Shown: positions 1 through 8,261, counted from the first letter of the stretch. The stretch: DNA of 32,000 bases from Erysipelotrichaceae bacterium (GCA_963663995.1 OY760660.1:1710001-1742000), one strand, 5' to 3'. The notes: generated from the sequence alone by a model not told the origin. Numbers and translations: made by a program.

Positions 1-1283
1 GATATAATCGTACTGTTCCTGAAGTGCTTCCTGATAAATGTCCTGGTAACTTTACGTTTTATCCTGAAATCAGCAAACATGTATTTACATCATTCTCAGA
101 TTTTCAATGGGATTTAAACTTTAAAAATCCTGAAGTATTTAATGAAATGACTGATAATTTGTTGTATTTAGCAAACTTAGGTATCAACATGATTCGTTTA
201 GATGCGATTCCATTTATGTGGAAAGAATTAGATACGACATGCAGAAACTTAGCTCCTATCCATGATTTAATGCGCTTATTCCATCATATAAAAGAAGATG
301 TTTGTCCATCCTTAGCTCTTTTAGGTGAAGCGATTGTGGAACCTGAGGAAATTGTAAAATACTTTGGAAATGACCATGAATCTGAATGTGAAATCATGTA
401 TAACGCTAATTTGATGGTTGATATTTATAATGCATTCGCAACACGTGATGTGCGTCTTATATCTGTTGATGCAAATAGATTCCAAATACCACAAAGAGCG
501 AGTTGGATGAATTATGTTAGATGTCATGATGATATTGGTTGGGGGTTTAATAATGAAGCCATTCAATCCTTTGGTTTAGATCCTGACGCACATAAACAAT
601 TTCTTATCCAATTCTATGGAAATTCATATGAGGGAACTTTCTCTAAAGGTGAATACTATCAATATAATCCGCTCACAAGAGATGCTCGAACCAATGGTAC
701 TTTAGCTAGTTTATTGGGACTTGAAAAAGCTATTGATTTTAAAGAAACATATCGTCAATATGAAGCAGTAAGAAGGATTAATTTAGCCCATGCTTTGATT
801 ATGAGTTATCGTGGTTTTCCATTAATTTACTCAGGCGACGAGATTGCAACATTAAATGATCAAAGTTATAAAGATGATTCTGCTAAATCACGTGAAGGTC
901 GTTGGGTACATCGTCCATTCTTTGATTGGAAACGTTCTAAGAATAAGGATGAAAAAGGTACCTTTGAATATGAAGTTTATCAAAGTTTAAAAACACTTAT
1001 TCAAAAACGTAAGAAACTACCTTTCTTAAAAGGACAAGCTGTACAGTTTGCTTTAGATGTTCATAATAATGCTGTATTATGCCTAATTAGAAGACATGGC
1101 AATAATGCGATGTTTATGTTGTTTAATTTTTCTGAGAATACTCAAATTATTCAAACTGATATTTTAAGACAAGTCTTAAGTGCAAGTCATTATGAAGATA
1201 TCATTCAAGGCAGAGAATTTGATATGAACTGGCATAGTATTACTTTAAGTCCATATGAATATATTTGGGCAGTTCCTAAATAA
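1..1283 (+). CDS. Amylosucrase-like GH13 (alpha-amylase family) enzyme, 5' end cut by the window edge
   Basis: The frame is open from the window edge (in-frame YNRTVPE lies before the listed GTG at 24). GH13 catalytic-region motifs are present: GINMIRLDAIPFMWKE, LGEAIVEP and YVRCHDDIGW. Overall layout matches amylosucrase or sucrose-utilising GH13 enzymes as I recall them. Confidence 0.8.
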   Translation, partial: YNRTVPEVLPDKCPGNFTFYPEISKHVFTSFSDFQWDLNFKNPEVFNEMTDNLLYLANLGINMIRLDAIPFMWKELDTTCRNLAPIHDLMRLFHHIKEDVCPSLALLGEAIVEPEEIVKYFGNDHESECEIMYNANLMVDIYNAFATRDVRLISVDANRFQIPQRASWMNYVRCHDDIGWGFNNEAIQSFGLDPDAHKQFLIQFYGNSYEGTFSKGEYYQYNPLTRDARTNGTLASLLGLEKAIDFKETYRQYEAVRRINLAHALIMSYRGFPLIYSGDEIATLNDQSYKDDSAKSREGRWVHRPFFDWKRSKNKDEKGTFEYEVYQSLKTLIQKRKKLPFLKGQAVQFALDVHNNAVLCLIRRHGNNAMFMLFNFSENTQIIQTDILRQVLSASHYEDIIQGREFDMNWHSITLSPYEYIWAVPK

Positions 1284-1373
1284 TGAAACGAATAGTATCC
1301 TTTGATGGTTGCTATTCTTTTTCCAGTATAATTAAACTAAGTAAAAATTTTAAAAATATCTGGGGAGCTAATA

Positions 1374-2720
1374 ATGAATGCTAAAGAATATGTAGAATCA
1401 GTCATTAATGCTGTAAATGAAAAAAATCCAAATGAATCGGAGTTTAAAACAGCCGTCAAAGAAGTTTTTGAGAGTTTAGTTCCATATTTTGAAAAACATG
1501 AGGAACTAATTGATGAGGCTTTGTTGGAAAGAGTGGTTGAACCAGATCGAATCATAAGTTTTAGAGTTACATGGCTTGATGATCAAAATAGTATCCAAGT
1601 TAATCGTGGATATCGTGTCCAGTTTAATTCAGCCTTAGGACCTTATAAAGGTGGTTTACGACTACACCCAAGTGTGAATCAAAGTATTGTTAAGTTTTTA
1701 GGTTTTGAACAAGTTTTCAAGAATTCACTTACAACCCTACCAATGGGTGGTGGTAAAGGTGGAAGTGACTTTGATCCTAAAGGCAAAAGTAATAACGAAG
1801 TCATGCGTTTCTGCCAAGCATTTATGGCCGAACTTCAAAGACATATTGGAGCTGATCTTGATATCCCAGCTGGTGATATTGGTGTAGGAGCACGTGAAAT
1901 AGGTTATTTATATGGTTATTATAAAAAAATTAGAGATGTTCACGCTCAAGGTTTCCTAACAGGTAAAAGTGTTGGTTGGGGTGGTTCATTAGTTAGAACT
2001 CAAGCAACCGGCTATGGTTTAGTTTATTTTGTTGAAAATATGTTGAATGATTTGAATACAGACTTTAAGAACAAAACAGTTGTCGTATCTGGTTCAGGAA
2101 ATGTTGCGATCTATGCGATTGAAAAGTGTCAATCATTTGGCGCGAAAGTTGTCGCATGTTCAGATTCGAATGGCTATATCTATGATCATAATGGACTAGA
2201 TTTAGTTAGCATCAAAGATATTAAAGAAGTAAAACGTGCACGTATTAGTACGTATTGTGATACTCATTCAAACGCTGTGTTTAATGAAGGTTCCACAAAT
2301 ATTTGGGACATTAAATGCGATATTGCCCTTCCTTGTGCAACACAAGGTGAATTAGATAAAAAAGCAGCACAAACACTTATTAATAATGGATGTATTGTGG
2401 TAGCTGAGGGCGCAAATATGCCATCAACTTTAGAGGCAATTGATTTATTTATTAAAAACAATGTTTATTTTGCGCCTGGTAAAGCAGCTAATGCGGGTGG
2501 TGTCGCAACTTCAGGTTTAGAAATGAGTCAAAATAGTTTAAGACTATCTTGGTCGTTTGAAGAAGTGGATGAAAAGTTAAAAGGCATCATGAAAAATATT
2601 TATCTTAATGCTTCAATTACAGCGCTAGAATATGGACATCCAAAGAATTTAGTCATTGGTTCTAACATAGCTGGATTTAAAAAAGTAGCAGAAGCGATGA
2701 TAGCTCAAGGATTAGTTTAA
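1374..2720 (+). CDS. gdhA: NADP-specific glutamate dehydrogenase
   Basis: 448 aa with the classic Glu/Leu/Phe/Val dehydrogenase signature (GGGKGGSDFDPKGKS, KGGLRLHPSVN). A GGGGAG Shine-Dalgarno sequence lies upstream of the ATG. Confidence 0.95.
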   Translation: MNAKEYVESVINAVNEKNPNESEFKTAVKEVFESLVPYFEKHEELIDEALLERVVEPDRIISFRVTWLDDQNSIQVNRGYRVQFNSALGPYKGGLRLHPSVNQSIVKFLGFEQVFKNSLTTLPMGGGKGGSDFDPKGKSNNEVMRFCQAFMAELQRHIGADLDIPAGDIGVGAREIGYLYGYYKKIRDVHAQGFLTGKSVGWGGSLVRTQATGYGLVYFVENMLNDLNTDFKNKTVVVSGSGNVAIYAIEKCQSFGAKVVACSDSNGYIYDHNGLDLVSIKDIKEVKRARISTYCDTHSNAVFNEGSTNIWDIKCDIALPCATQGELDKKAAQTLINNGCIVVAEGANMPSTLEAIDLFIKNNVYFAPGKAANAGGVATSGLEMSQNSLRLSWSFEEVDEKLKGIMKNIYLNASITALEYGHPKNLVIGSNIAGFKKVAEAMIAQGLV

Positions 2721-2781
2721 ACAAAAAAGAAGAAGTATCTTGTTTTAGGATAAATCTGAAATTAGAAATAAAAGTCTTCTG

Positions 2782-2810
2782 AAGGTGGTAGCATGCTACC
2801 ACCTTTCTTT
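2782..2810 (+). terminator. Rho-independent terminator of gdhA
   Basis: Perfect GC-rich hairpin AAGGTGGTAGC/GCTACCACCTT followed by a T-rich tract. Confidence 0.8.
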
Positions 2811-2820
2811 ATCTCTCGCA

Positions 2821-2852
2821 GTAGTTATATTTTAATGTAGTTATATTTTAAT
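2821..2852. repeat. Perfect tandem duplication of a 16-bp unit (GTAGTTATATTTTAAT x2)
   Basis: Read directly: 2821-2836 equals 2837-2852. Confidence 0.9.
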
Positions 2853-3028
2853 AAGGTTTGATTATAAGTAATAGAGTATTAAGAAGATGCTTGAAACATA
2901 TAAAATGGAAGTCAATAGACTGCATTTTTAGCTTAATATAAAACAAAGTGTTATATATGTTTTACATATATCGAGAAGCGTGTTATAGCAACAAAGTAAA
3001 AAATATTTTACATTATAGGAGGTATGAA

Positions 3029-3253
3029 ATGGATTGGTCATTTATTACATTAATTGCTGTACTTGTTATTTTGGTAATACTGATTTTTGTGTTTTTAGTT
3101 TCACTACTCAATGAAGGTGACGAAAGATATGAATATATAAAAACAAAAGCGATGAGAGATTCTTTTATTTCAACTGCTGGTGCCTTGGTAATACGTGTCT
3201 GTTTCAAATCTTTAATCCCAGCAATCAAAGCAACAACACCTCAGCTAATCTGA
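3029..3253 (+). CDS. Small membrane protein, probably a decayed (frameshifted) copy of a multi-TM partner of small XRE regulators
   Basis: AGGAGG at 3017-3022 sits 6 nt before the ATG at 3029, which is in frame with listed ORF 2948-3253. An N-terminal TM helix is followed by a DERYEYIKTKA motif. A further TM-like segment (LNLLITTAIIFLISLE) and a basic tail (HRRKYGY) lie in other frames downstream, suggesting frameshifts. Confidence 0.5.
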   Translation: MDWSFITLIAVLVILVILIFVFLVSLLNEGDERYEYIKTKAMRDSFISTAGALVIRVCFKSLIPAIKATTPQLI

Positions 3254-3326
3254 ATTTACTCATCACAACGGCCATTATATTTTTGATTTCATTAGAATAG
3301 CATAGAAGAAAATATGGTTATTGATA

Positions 3327-3410
3327 ATGAATAATAAAATTCGAGAATTGCGGAAAGAAAAAAAGTTATCCCAAGATGAATTAGCAAAGCTCAGTGATGT
3401 TTTTCTATAA
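3327..3410 (+). pseudogene. Truncated XRE/Cro-type HTH regulator (only about 25 N-terminal codons remain)
   Basis: MNNKIRELRKEKKLSQDELAKLSDV matches the N-terminal half of the roughly 65-aa XRE HTH regulators. The reading frame leaves family-like sequence at 3392, where repeat module A begins, and stops at 3408-3410. Confidence 0.75.
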
Positions 3411-3624
3411 CTAAATTAATAGCTAAATAGGTGCTCGGCCAATAAACCACAGAGTCTGGAAATGTTTACTTTTCTGCACTAATAGAGAAGTCTAGTAAAT
3501 ACACGCTACTTAACGTATCTTGTCAAGATATAATTATAAAGGAATATTAAAGTTAATAAGAATAATTTGTAAGTACAAATGTGAGTATGCTATAATTTAT
3601 CGCAAATAATAGAAGTAAGTGGGG
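3392..3624 (+). repeat. Repeat module A: conserved upstream segment, palindromic operator ATTTGTAAGTACAAAT (3565-3580), extended -10 TGCTATAAT (TATAAT at 3591-3596) and conserved leader motif TAAGTGGGG (3616-3624)
   Basis: Aligns by eye along its length with 7894-8119 and 9266-9439, and in its 3' part with 8262-8349. A roughly 45-bp core around the palindrome is near-identical to copy B. Confidence 0.8.
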
Positions 3625-3805
3625 ACTTATAATTATTGGGACTGGGGAATACAAATCATATACATAGAACTAACAGTACAATCGTTACTGATTTTTTTGT
3701 TATACAAAAACCTATGTTTTTTATAAAGGTTTAGAAAGGAGGCTTATGCGAAATTGAACTGTAGTGATTGGATGATTTAGTATATTAAAATTGAAAGGAA
3801 AATTT

Positions 3806-4429
3806 ATGAAAAAAATAATTAAAATCATATCCTCTATACTAATGGTATTAAGTTTATCAAGTCCAGTTTACGGTATTACAAAGCTGACCAATAATACATC
3901 TTTGTATTATATGCGAGAACAACTTTTACAAGACATTGCATTAATAGAAAGTGTTGATATAAGTGATTTAAAAGAATTTCAAAATGATAATAAAAAATGG
4001 ATTGAGGATGTTAATTCTAGATTAGAAAATTATATTTCATTGGTTTCCGATAGTAAATATATGAGAACTACTATTTTAAAAAATCTTATTAGTGAATCAA
4101 TCAATAAATATTTGTTGGAAGATGATAATTATATGAGTTCTCGATCTGTATCTGACTATTTTAATTACAATATTTATCATTTTAGAAACGGGTATTGGAC
4201 ATATAGTTTACAGCCAAAATCATCAACTAGATTATTACGTTATGTAGCAATCGAAGGTTGGGAGGAGTTAAAAGGTATATATTATGCCATCTCTATTGAT
4301 GGTGGTAGTTTATATAACCAATATATGTGTCATTTTGATCTTGTTGTTGAAGAAGATTGGGACATAGAGCGTGGCAGACCGCATGTTTTATATTTTTTGA
4401 CTGTTTTAGCGCTATGCAACCCTGAGTGA
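3806..4429 (+). CDS. Secreted protein with a DUF2599-like C-terminal region
   Basis: The ATG at 3806 is in frame with the listed TTG at 3791. Signal peptide MKKIIKIISSILMVLSLSSPVYG. The C-terminal SLYNQYMCHFD...EEDWDIERGRP resembles the QxxCH...WxxE..RP pattern I recall for DUF2599. That assignment comes from memory, not from a search. Confidence 0.65.
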   Translation: MKKIIKIISSILMVLSLSSPVYGITKLTNNTSLYYMREQLLQDIALIESVDISDLKEFQNDNKKWIEDVNSRLENYISLVSDSKYMRTTILKNLISESINKYLLEDDNYMSSRSVSDYFNYNIYHFRNGYWTYSLQPKSSTRLLRYVAIEGWEELKGIYYAISIDGGSLYNQYMCHFDLVVEEDWDIERGRPHVLYFLTVLALCNPE

Positions 4430-4504
4430 AGTATAATAAATGGAATCAAATTTAATAAATTACTATTTTATAAACAGAGTTAAAGCCTGTTGCGTAGGTG
4501 GTTT

Positions 4505-4822
4505 ATGCCATTAACTTTTTATTTTTTACTTTTTACCATAATACTCATTTTAATCATCATTTTTTCAAATGCAAAGGTCTTTAATTTTAGTAGAACAGCT
4601 AGTGAAAAAATAGATGTCTTATTACTTATTTTTAGTGTTTTTTCGCTAATTATATCTGTGAAATTATTTTGGAATCTTGCCGTTTATACTGACGATTTTG
4701 GCGCAACAATTAAAGAATTATTTGGTGGATATTTTTGGCTATATATGAATTGGCTGAATCTACTTGTTTTATATCTAATGAGTATGGTGTTGTTGACTAA
4801 AATTAAAAGAAAAAAAGACTAA
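4505..4822 (+). CDS. Small three-TM membrane protein (orphan)
   Basis: Three hydrophobic helices and a basic tail (KIKRKKD). It lies directly downstream of the secreted protein gene. The start could be the ATG at 4505 or the TTG at 4490. Confidence 0.55.
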   Translation: MPLTFYFLLFTIILILIIIFSNAKVFNFSRTASEKIDVLLLIFSVFSLIISVKLFWNLAVYTDDFGATIKELFGGYFWLYMNWLNLLVLYLMSMVLLTKIKRKKD

Positions 4823-4912
4823 ACTTGTTAAACTGTACCCTATAGAGTAGACACGATAAAAAAGTGTTACCCTTGAACTTGTAAAGGAAAATTAGACAAG
4901 TTTAAAAAACAA

Positions 4913-5713
4913 TTAGAACCCTAAGTCATGTTTATATTGAATTGGGGTTTTATATTGTAAGGTATATGCAGGACGTTCATGATTAAAATGATGAATATAT
5001 TCTTTAATTGTTTGATAAACATCATTTGAACGAGAGATATTAAAATCTATATACAATTCATCTTTCATCCATCCATTAAGTGCTTCATTGACTGGATTAT
5101 CCGTAGGTGTACCTGAGCGATTCATCGAACGAATAATGTTATAATTTGAAAGAGCTTGATTGAAAGCTTTACTGGAGTAGACTGACCCTTGATCTGTGTG
5201 AAGGATGATGGGGTATTCTATTCCTTTTATTTGCTTTAAATATTGGGATAAACAATCATAATAAGGTTTAATATCACCTTTTTGAGATGACATGGATTGA
5301 GCGATAATTTCATTATTGAACGTATCGATAAACAATGTGAGTTCATATGCTTTCCCTCGATTACGAATCTGAGTCATGTCTGATACGACAATCTCATAAG
5401 GTTTTGAGGCATTCCAATGCCCAGCCACTTCATTTTTGTAAATGACATGCTCATCACCAACTTTTCGATATCTATACTTTCTCGCACTTGATTTTAAACC
5501 CAACTGTTTCATACATTTATGAACCAAGTGATCAGAGAACACAAACTCTGTTTGATTACGTAATTCATAGGCTACTCGATGATAACCATAAGTCTTATGT
5601 TTTTGATGTATTTGCGTAATATATGGTATTAACTTCATTCGATATTGGATGTATTGATTAGGTCTATCTTTGCGCTCTAACCATTTGTAGTACCCTGATC
5701 GATTCAATCCCAT
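4913..5713 (-). CDS. IS3-family transposase OrfB (DDE/rve integrase core), expressed as an OrfAB fusion by -1 frameshift
   Basis: rve-type core present (HTDQGSVYSS..., NPVNEALNGWMKDE). The orfB frame stays open upstream of the listed Met as far as the slippery site and reads ...ERSWFTEGIRYTIRQDYQIADGLKDKYSITQLLKEMGL. Confidence 0.9.
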   Translation of the reverse strand: MGLNRSGYYKWLERKDRPNQYIQYRMKLIPYITQIHQKHKTYGYHRVAYELRNQTEFVFSDHLVHKCMKQLGLKSSARKYRYRKVGDEHVIYKNEVAGHWNASKPYEIVVSDMTQIRNRGKAYELTLFIDTFNNEIIAQSMSSQKGDIKPYYDCLSQYLKQIKGIEYPIILHTDQGSVYSSKAFNQALSNYNIIRSMNRSGTPTDNPVNEALNGWMKDELYIDFNISRSNDVYQTIKEYIHHFNHERPAYTLQYKTPIQYKHDLGF

Positions 5714-5760
5714 TTCTTTAAGTAATTGAGTAATTGAATATTTATCTTTTAATCCATCAG

Positions 5761-6138
5761 CTATTTGATAGTCTTGCCGGATAGTGTAACGTATTCCTTC
5801 TGTGAACCAACTCCTTTCACGGTGTATCCTTTTTTTAAGCGTTCAATTTCAATGTCTCGTTTCATAAGCTCAAGTTTTAAACGTTCAACTTCAGTTAAAT
5901 TTTTACTTGTATACAGGGCTGAATAAGGGTTGCCTTTGCCCTTGTGAATGGTTCTAAGACCTTCAATTCCATTCTCTCGATAATGTCTTATCCAGTTTCT
6001 GATGACGGAATGACTAATGTTTAATTCCGATTCTAAGCGAGGTAGTGAAACTCTATCTTCTAAATAACGATTAATTACTTCAATCATAAATTCTAATTCG
6101 TATTTTCTGTTCTTCCCACCTTTTGGTCTTCCTCTCAT
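5761..6138 (-). CDS. IS3-family transposase OrfA (HTH)
   Basis: 125 aa with an HTH and leucine-zipper-like region (ERLKLELMKRDIEIERLKKGY). AGGAGG precedes the ATG. Confidence 0.9.
   Translation of the reverse strand: MRGRPKGGKNRKYELEFMIEVINRYLEDRVSLPRLESELNISHSVIRNWIRHYRENGIEGLRTIHKGKGNPYSALYTSKNLTEVERLKLELMKRDIEIERLKKGYTVKGVGSQKEYVTLSGKTIK
5830..5836 (-). promoter_or_regulatory. Programmed -1 frameshift slippery heptamer (A AAA AAA G) of IS copy 1
   Basis: The minus strand reads CGC TTA AAA AAA GGA in the orfA frame. The -1 frame is open from here into orfB. Confidence 0.75.
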
Positions 6139-6272
6139 ATAACCTCCTTTTCTTTAGGTATAAGAAAAAAGTAGACTTTATTCAAGAAAATGGTTTTTTC
6201 TTGTGTCTACTTTTACTTTACTACTTCACCCTATAGGGTTTTTAAATATAATAAAGAAAATGAGGAAAAGTT

Positions 6273-6707
6273 ATGAGTAAAGTCCGATTTTCAGAAGAAC
6301 AGATTAAACGATTGAAAGATAATCCGTATATAGAAAATATTAGTGAAAAGTCGATAACTTACACGATGGCTTTTAGAGAGAAATCAGTTGATTTGTATCA
6401 GAGAGGATATAGTTCTAGACAGATTTTCGAAGATGCAGGATTAAGTGTTAAAGATTTAGGAATGAATCGTATCCGTTTGTCGTTAGAGCGTTGGCGAAAG
6501 ATGAGTAAACGCGATGAAGGGTTTAAAGACACGCGAAAAGGAAGTTCAGGTCGTTCAAGACAAAAGCCAAGAACACTAGAAGAAGAACTTAAGTATTTGA
6601 AAGATCGAAATGAATACTTAGAACAGGAGAATGAATTCTTAAAAAAGCTCGACGCACTGGAAAGGAGTGTGAGATACAACTTAGCGCACAAGAAAAATAC
6701 GAAATAA
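6273..6707 (+). CDS. IS3-family transposase OrfA
   Basis: 144 aa with an HTH region and a coiled-coil (LKYLKDRNEYLEQENEFLKKLDALE). A GAGGAAAA Shine-Dalgarno sequence lies upstream. Confidence 0.9.
   Translation: MSKVRFSEEQIKRLKDNPYIENISEKSITYTMAFREKSVDLYQRGYSSRQIFEDAGLSVKDLGMNRIRLSLERWRKMSKRDEGFKDTRKGSSGRSRQKPRTLEEELKYLKDRNEYLEQENEFLKKLDALERSVRYNLAHKKNTK
6641..6647 (+). promoter_or_regulatory. Programmed -1 frameshift heptamer A AAA AAG of IS copy 2
   Basis: TTC TTA AAA AAG CTC in the orfA frame. This is the classic IS3/IS150 slippery motif, and the -1 frame is open from here. Confidence 0.8.
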
Positions 6708-6754
6708 TTTTTAACCTTAATTCAAAACGTAAAAATCGTTTAGATATAAATTAT

Positions 6755-7639
6755 ATGTGTACAATCGCACAAGTATCCAGATCAGGTTATTACGCCTTTA
6801 TCAAACGCAAACGAAGCCTTAATTTTAAAGACATTCAAGATGAGATTGATTTTGCCTACATCAAAGAAGCCTTCAACTATCGTGGCTATGATAAGGGTGC
6901 ACGACCCATTAAGATGTATCTTCAAGATAAACATAATAGGTGTATGAATCTTAAGAAAATACGAAGATTAATGCGTAAATACGGCTTAGTGTGTGAGATT
7001 AGACAAGCAAATCCATATCGACAAATGATGAGAGATATGGCAACTAACGATATATCAGTCAATCGAGTTAATCGACAATTCAAACAAGGGGTTGCGCGTA
7101 AAATACTTCTCACAGATATTACGTATATTACTTATGGTTCTCATAAGCGAGCTTATTTATCTGTCATCAAAGATGCCTCTAGTAATAAGATATTATCTTA
7201 TAGGGTATCAGAATCCTTAGATGTCTCGTTTGTATTAAAGACCGTTCAAGGGCTTATTGAAACACAAATGGGTGATTTAAATCTAAAGGTTCTCATTCAC
7301 TCAGATCAAGGTTCACATTATACATCAAGAGCCTTTAAACAAGTCTTAGATGAACTAGGAATTGAAAGTTCAATGTCGAGACGTGGAAATTGTTTAGATA
7401 ATGCAGCTCAAGAAAGTTTCTTTGGGCACATGAAAGATGAAGTAAAATTTAAGCATTATAAGACCTATATTGAATGTGTTGAAGCGATTATGGACTATAT
7501 CAACTACTATAATTATGATCGCCCACAATGGGGGTTACATCGTATGACACCTCATAAATATGAAAGTTACTTAGATCGTTCAGATGATATTCCATTATTA
7601 TTACCTGTTCTCTATCATCAGCCAGTAATATACCTATAA
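6755..7639 (+). CDS. IS3-family transposase OrfB (DDE/rve), OrfAB fusion by -1 frameshift
   Basis: rve core present (HSDQGSHYTS, GNCLDNAAQESFFGHMKDE). The orfB frame is open back to the slippery site and reads KARRTGKECEIQLSAQEKYEIIFNL.... Confidence 0.9.
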   Translation: MCTIAQVSRSGYYAFIKRKRSLNFKDIQDEIDFAYIKEAFNYRGYDKGARPIKMYLQDKHNRCMNLKKIRRLMRKYGLVCEIRQANPYRQMMRDMATNDISVNRVNRQFKQGVARKILLTDITYITYGSHKRAYLSVIKDASSNKILSYRVSESLDVSFVLKTVQGLIETQMGDLNLKVLIHSDQGSHYTSRAFKQVLDELGIESSMSRRGNCLDNAAQESFFGHMKDEVKFKHYKTYIECVEAIMDYINYYNYDRPQWGLHRMTPHKYESYLDRSDDIPLLLPVLYHQPVIYL

Positions 7640-7875
7640 TTCAATCGTTTCTCTTAAACATATTTTTATTATGATCAAACGAAAAAGGAACATATTTTCT
7701 ATTCAGAAATTCTGTTCCTTTTATCTAATTCTCTAAAGTCCTTTTTTTAAGTGTCCTTGACAAAGGGGACAGTTCATGTTGAAGTAATATAATTTAGAGT
7801 TTGGCTAAAAGAGTAACAGTTTACTTAATGTTTATTTAACGCATCAATTTTCTCACCATAAAATATAATAGTTTT

Positions 7876-7905
7876 AAAACATCACCTTTGTGCCAGTGAT
7901 GTTTT
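7876..7905 (+). terminator. Rho-independent terminator hairpin whose right arm starts repeat module B
   Basis: AAAACATCAC / GTGATGTTTT stem with a T-run. The left arm is absent from copy A. Confidence 0.65.
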
Positions 7906-8119
7906 TATAGGACTAAATTTATAGCTAAATGGATGATTGGCCAATAAATCATTGTGTCTATAAATGTCTACTTCCTTGAACTTATTTCATATTAAATGGC
8001 TAATAAACGTAACTTACTAATTTATAATTGTAAGGGTATATTAAAGTTAATATGAATAATTTATAAGTACAAATGTGAGTATAAGTTGAATCGTCACAAA
8101 CTGAAAGACCTATGTGAAA
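7894..8119 (+). repeat. Repeat module B (orphan copy): operator ATTTATAAGTACAAAT at 8059-8074 and a degenerate -10 (TATAAG)
   Basis: Collinear with module A from CAGTGATGTTTTT onwards. No intact ORF follows; a Shine-Dalgarno-like AAAGGAGA at about 8215 has no start codon after it. Confidence 0.75.
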
Positions 8120-8261
8120 TTAGCAGAATAGATCCATTCAATATATGACTACAAGAAAATAGTCAGTCAACCATAAATAAATATAAAGATTAAGGTAATA
8201 AATAATTTCATTTAAAAGGAGAAGTTAACTACAATTAGACATAATTTGAAAAAATAATGCT

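Larger units (their letters stand above)
4829..6228 (-). mobile_element. IS3-family insertion sequence (IS150-like layout), copy 1
   Basis: orfA and orfB are in -1 register with an A-run slippery site. The 26-nt terminal inverted repeats are TAAACTGTACCCTATAGAGTAGACAC (4829-4854) and the reverse complement of 6203-6228, TGAAGTAGTAAAGTAAAAGTAGACAC. They share the inner AGTAGACAC at the same offset. The exact ends are uncertain by a few bp. Confidence 0.8.
6229..7776 (+). mobile_element. IS3-family insertion sequence, copy 2 (a different IS from copy 1); the left terminus appears to lack its first 8-9 nt
   Basis: orfA and orfB are in -1 register with A AAA AAG. The right end GTGTCCTTGACAAAGGGGACAGTTCA (7751-7776) is homologous to the outer end of copy 1. 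The left end starts at CCCTATAGGG, which matches only the inner part of that repeat. Confidence 0.75.

Noticed and set aside
2948-3028. Upstream extension of the small membrane-protein ORF (listed start 2948)
   Set aside because: The extension has no Shine-Dalgarno sequence and covers the palindrome/promoter-like region. The internal ATG at 3029 has a perfect AGGAGG at ideal spacing.
4837-6236. ACCCTATAG occurring at both 4837-4845 and 6228-6236, considered as a 9-bp target-site duplication flanking IS copy 1
   Set aside because: IS3-family elements make 3-4 bp duplications. The left copy lies inside a contiguous 26-nt terminal repeat whose inner AGTAGACAC matches the other end of copy 1 at the same offset. 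The right copy is better explained as the inner part of the clipped terminal repeat of IS copy 2.
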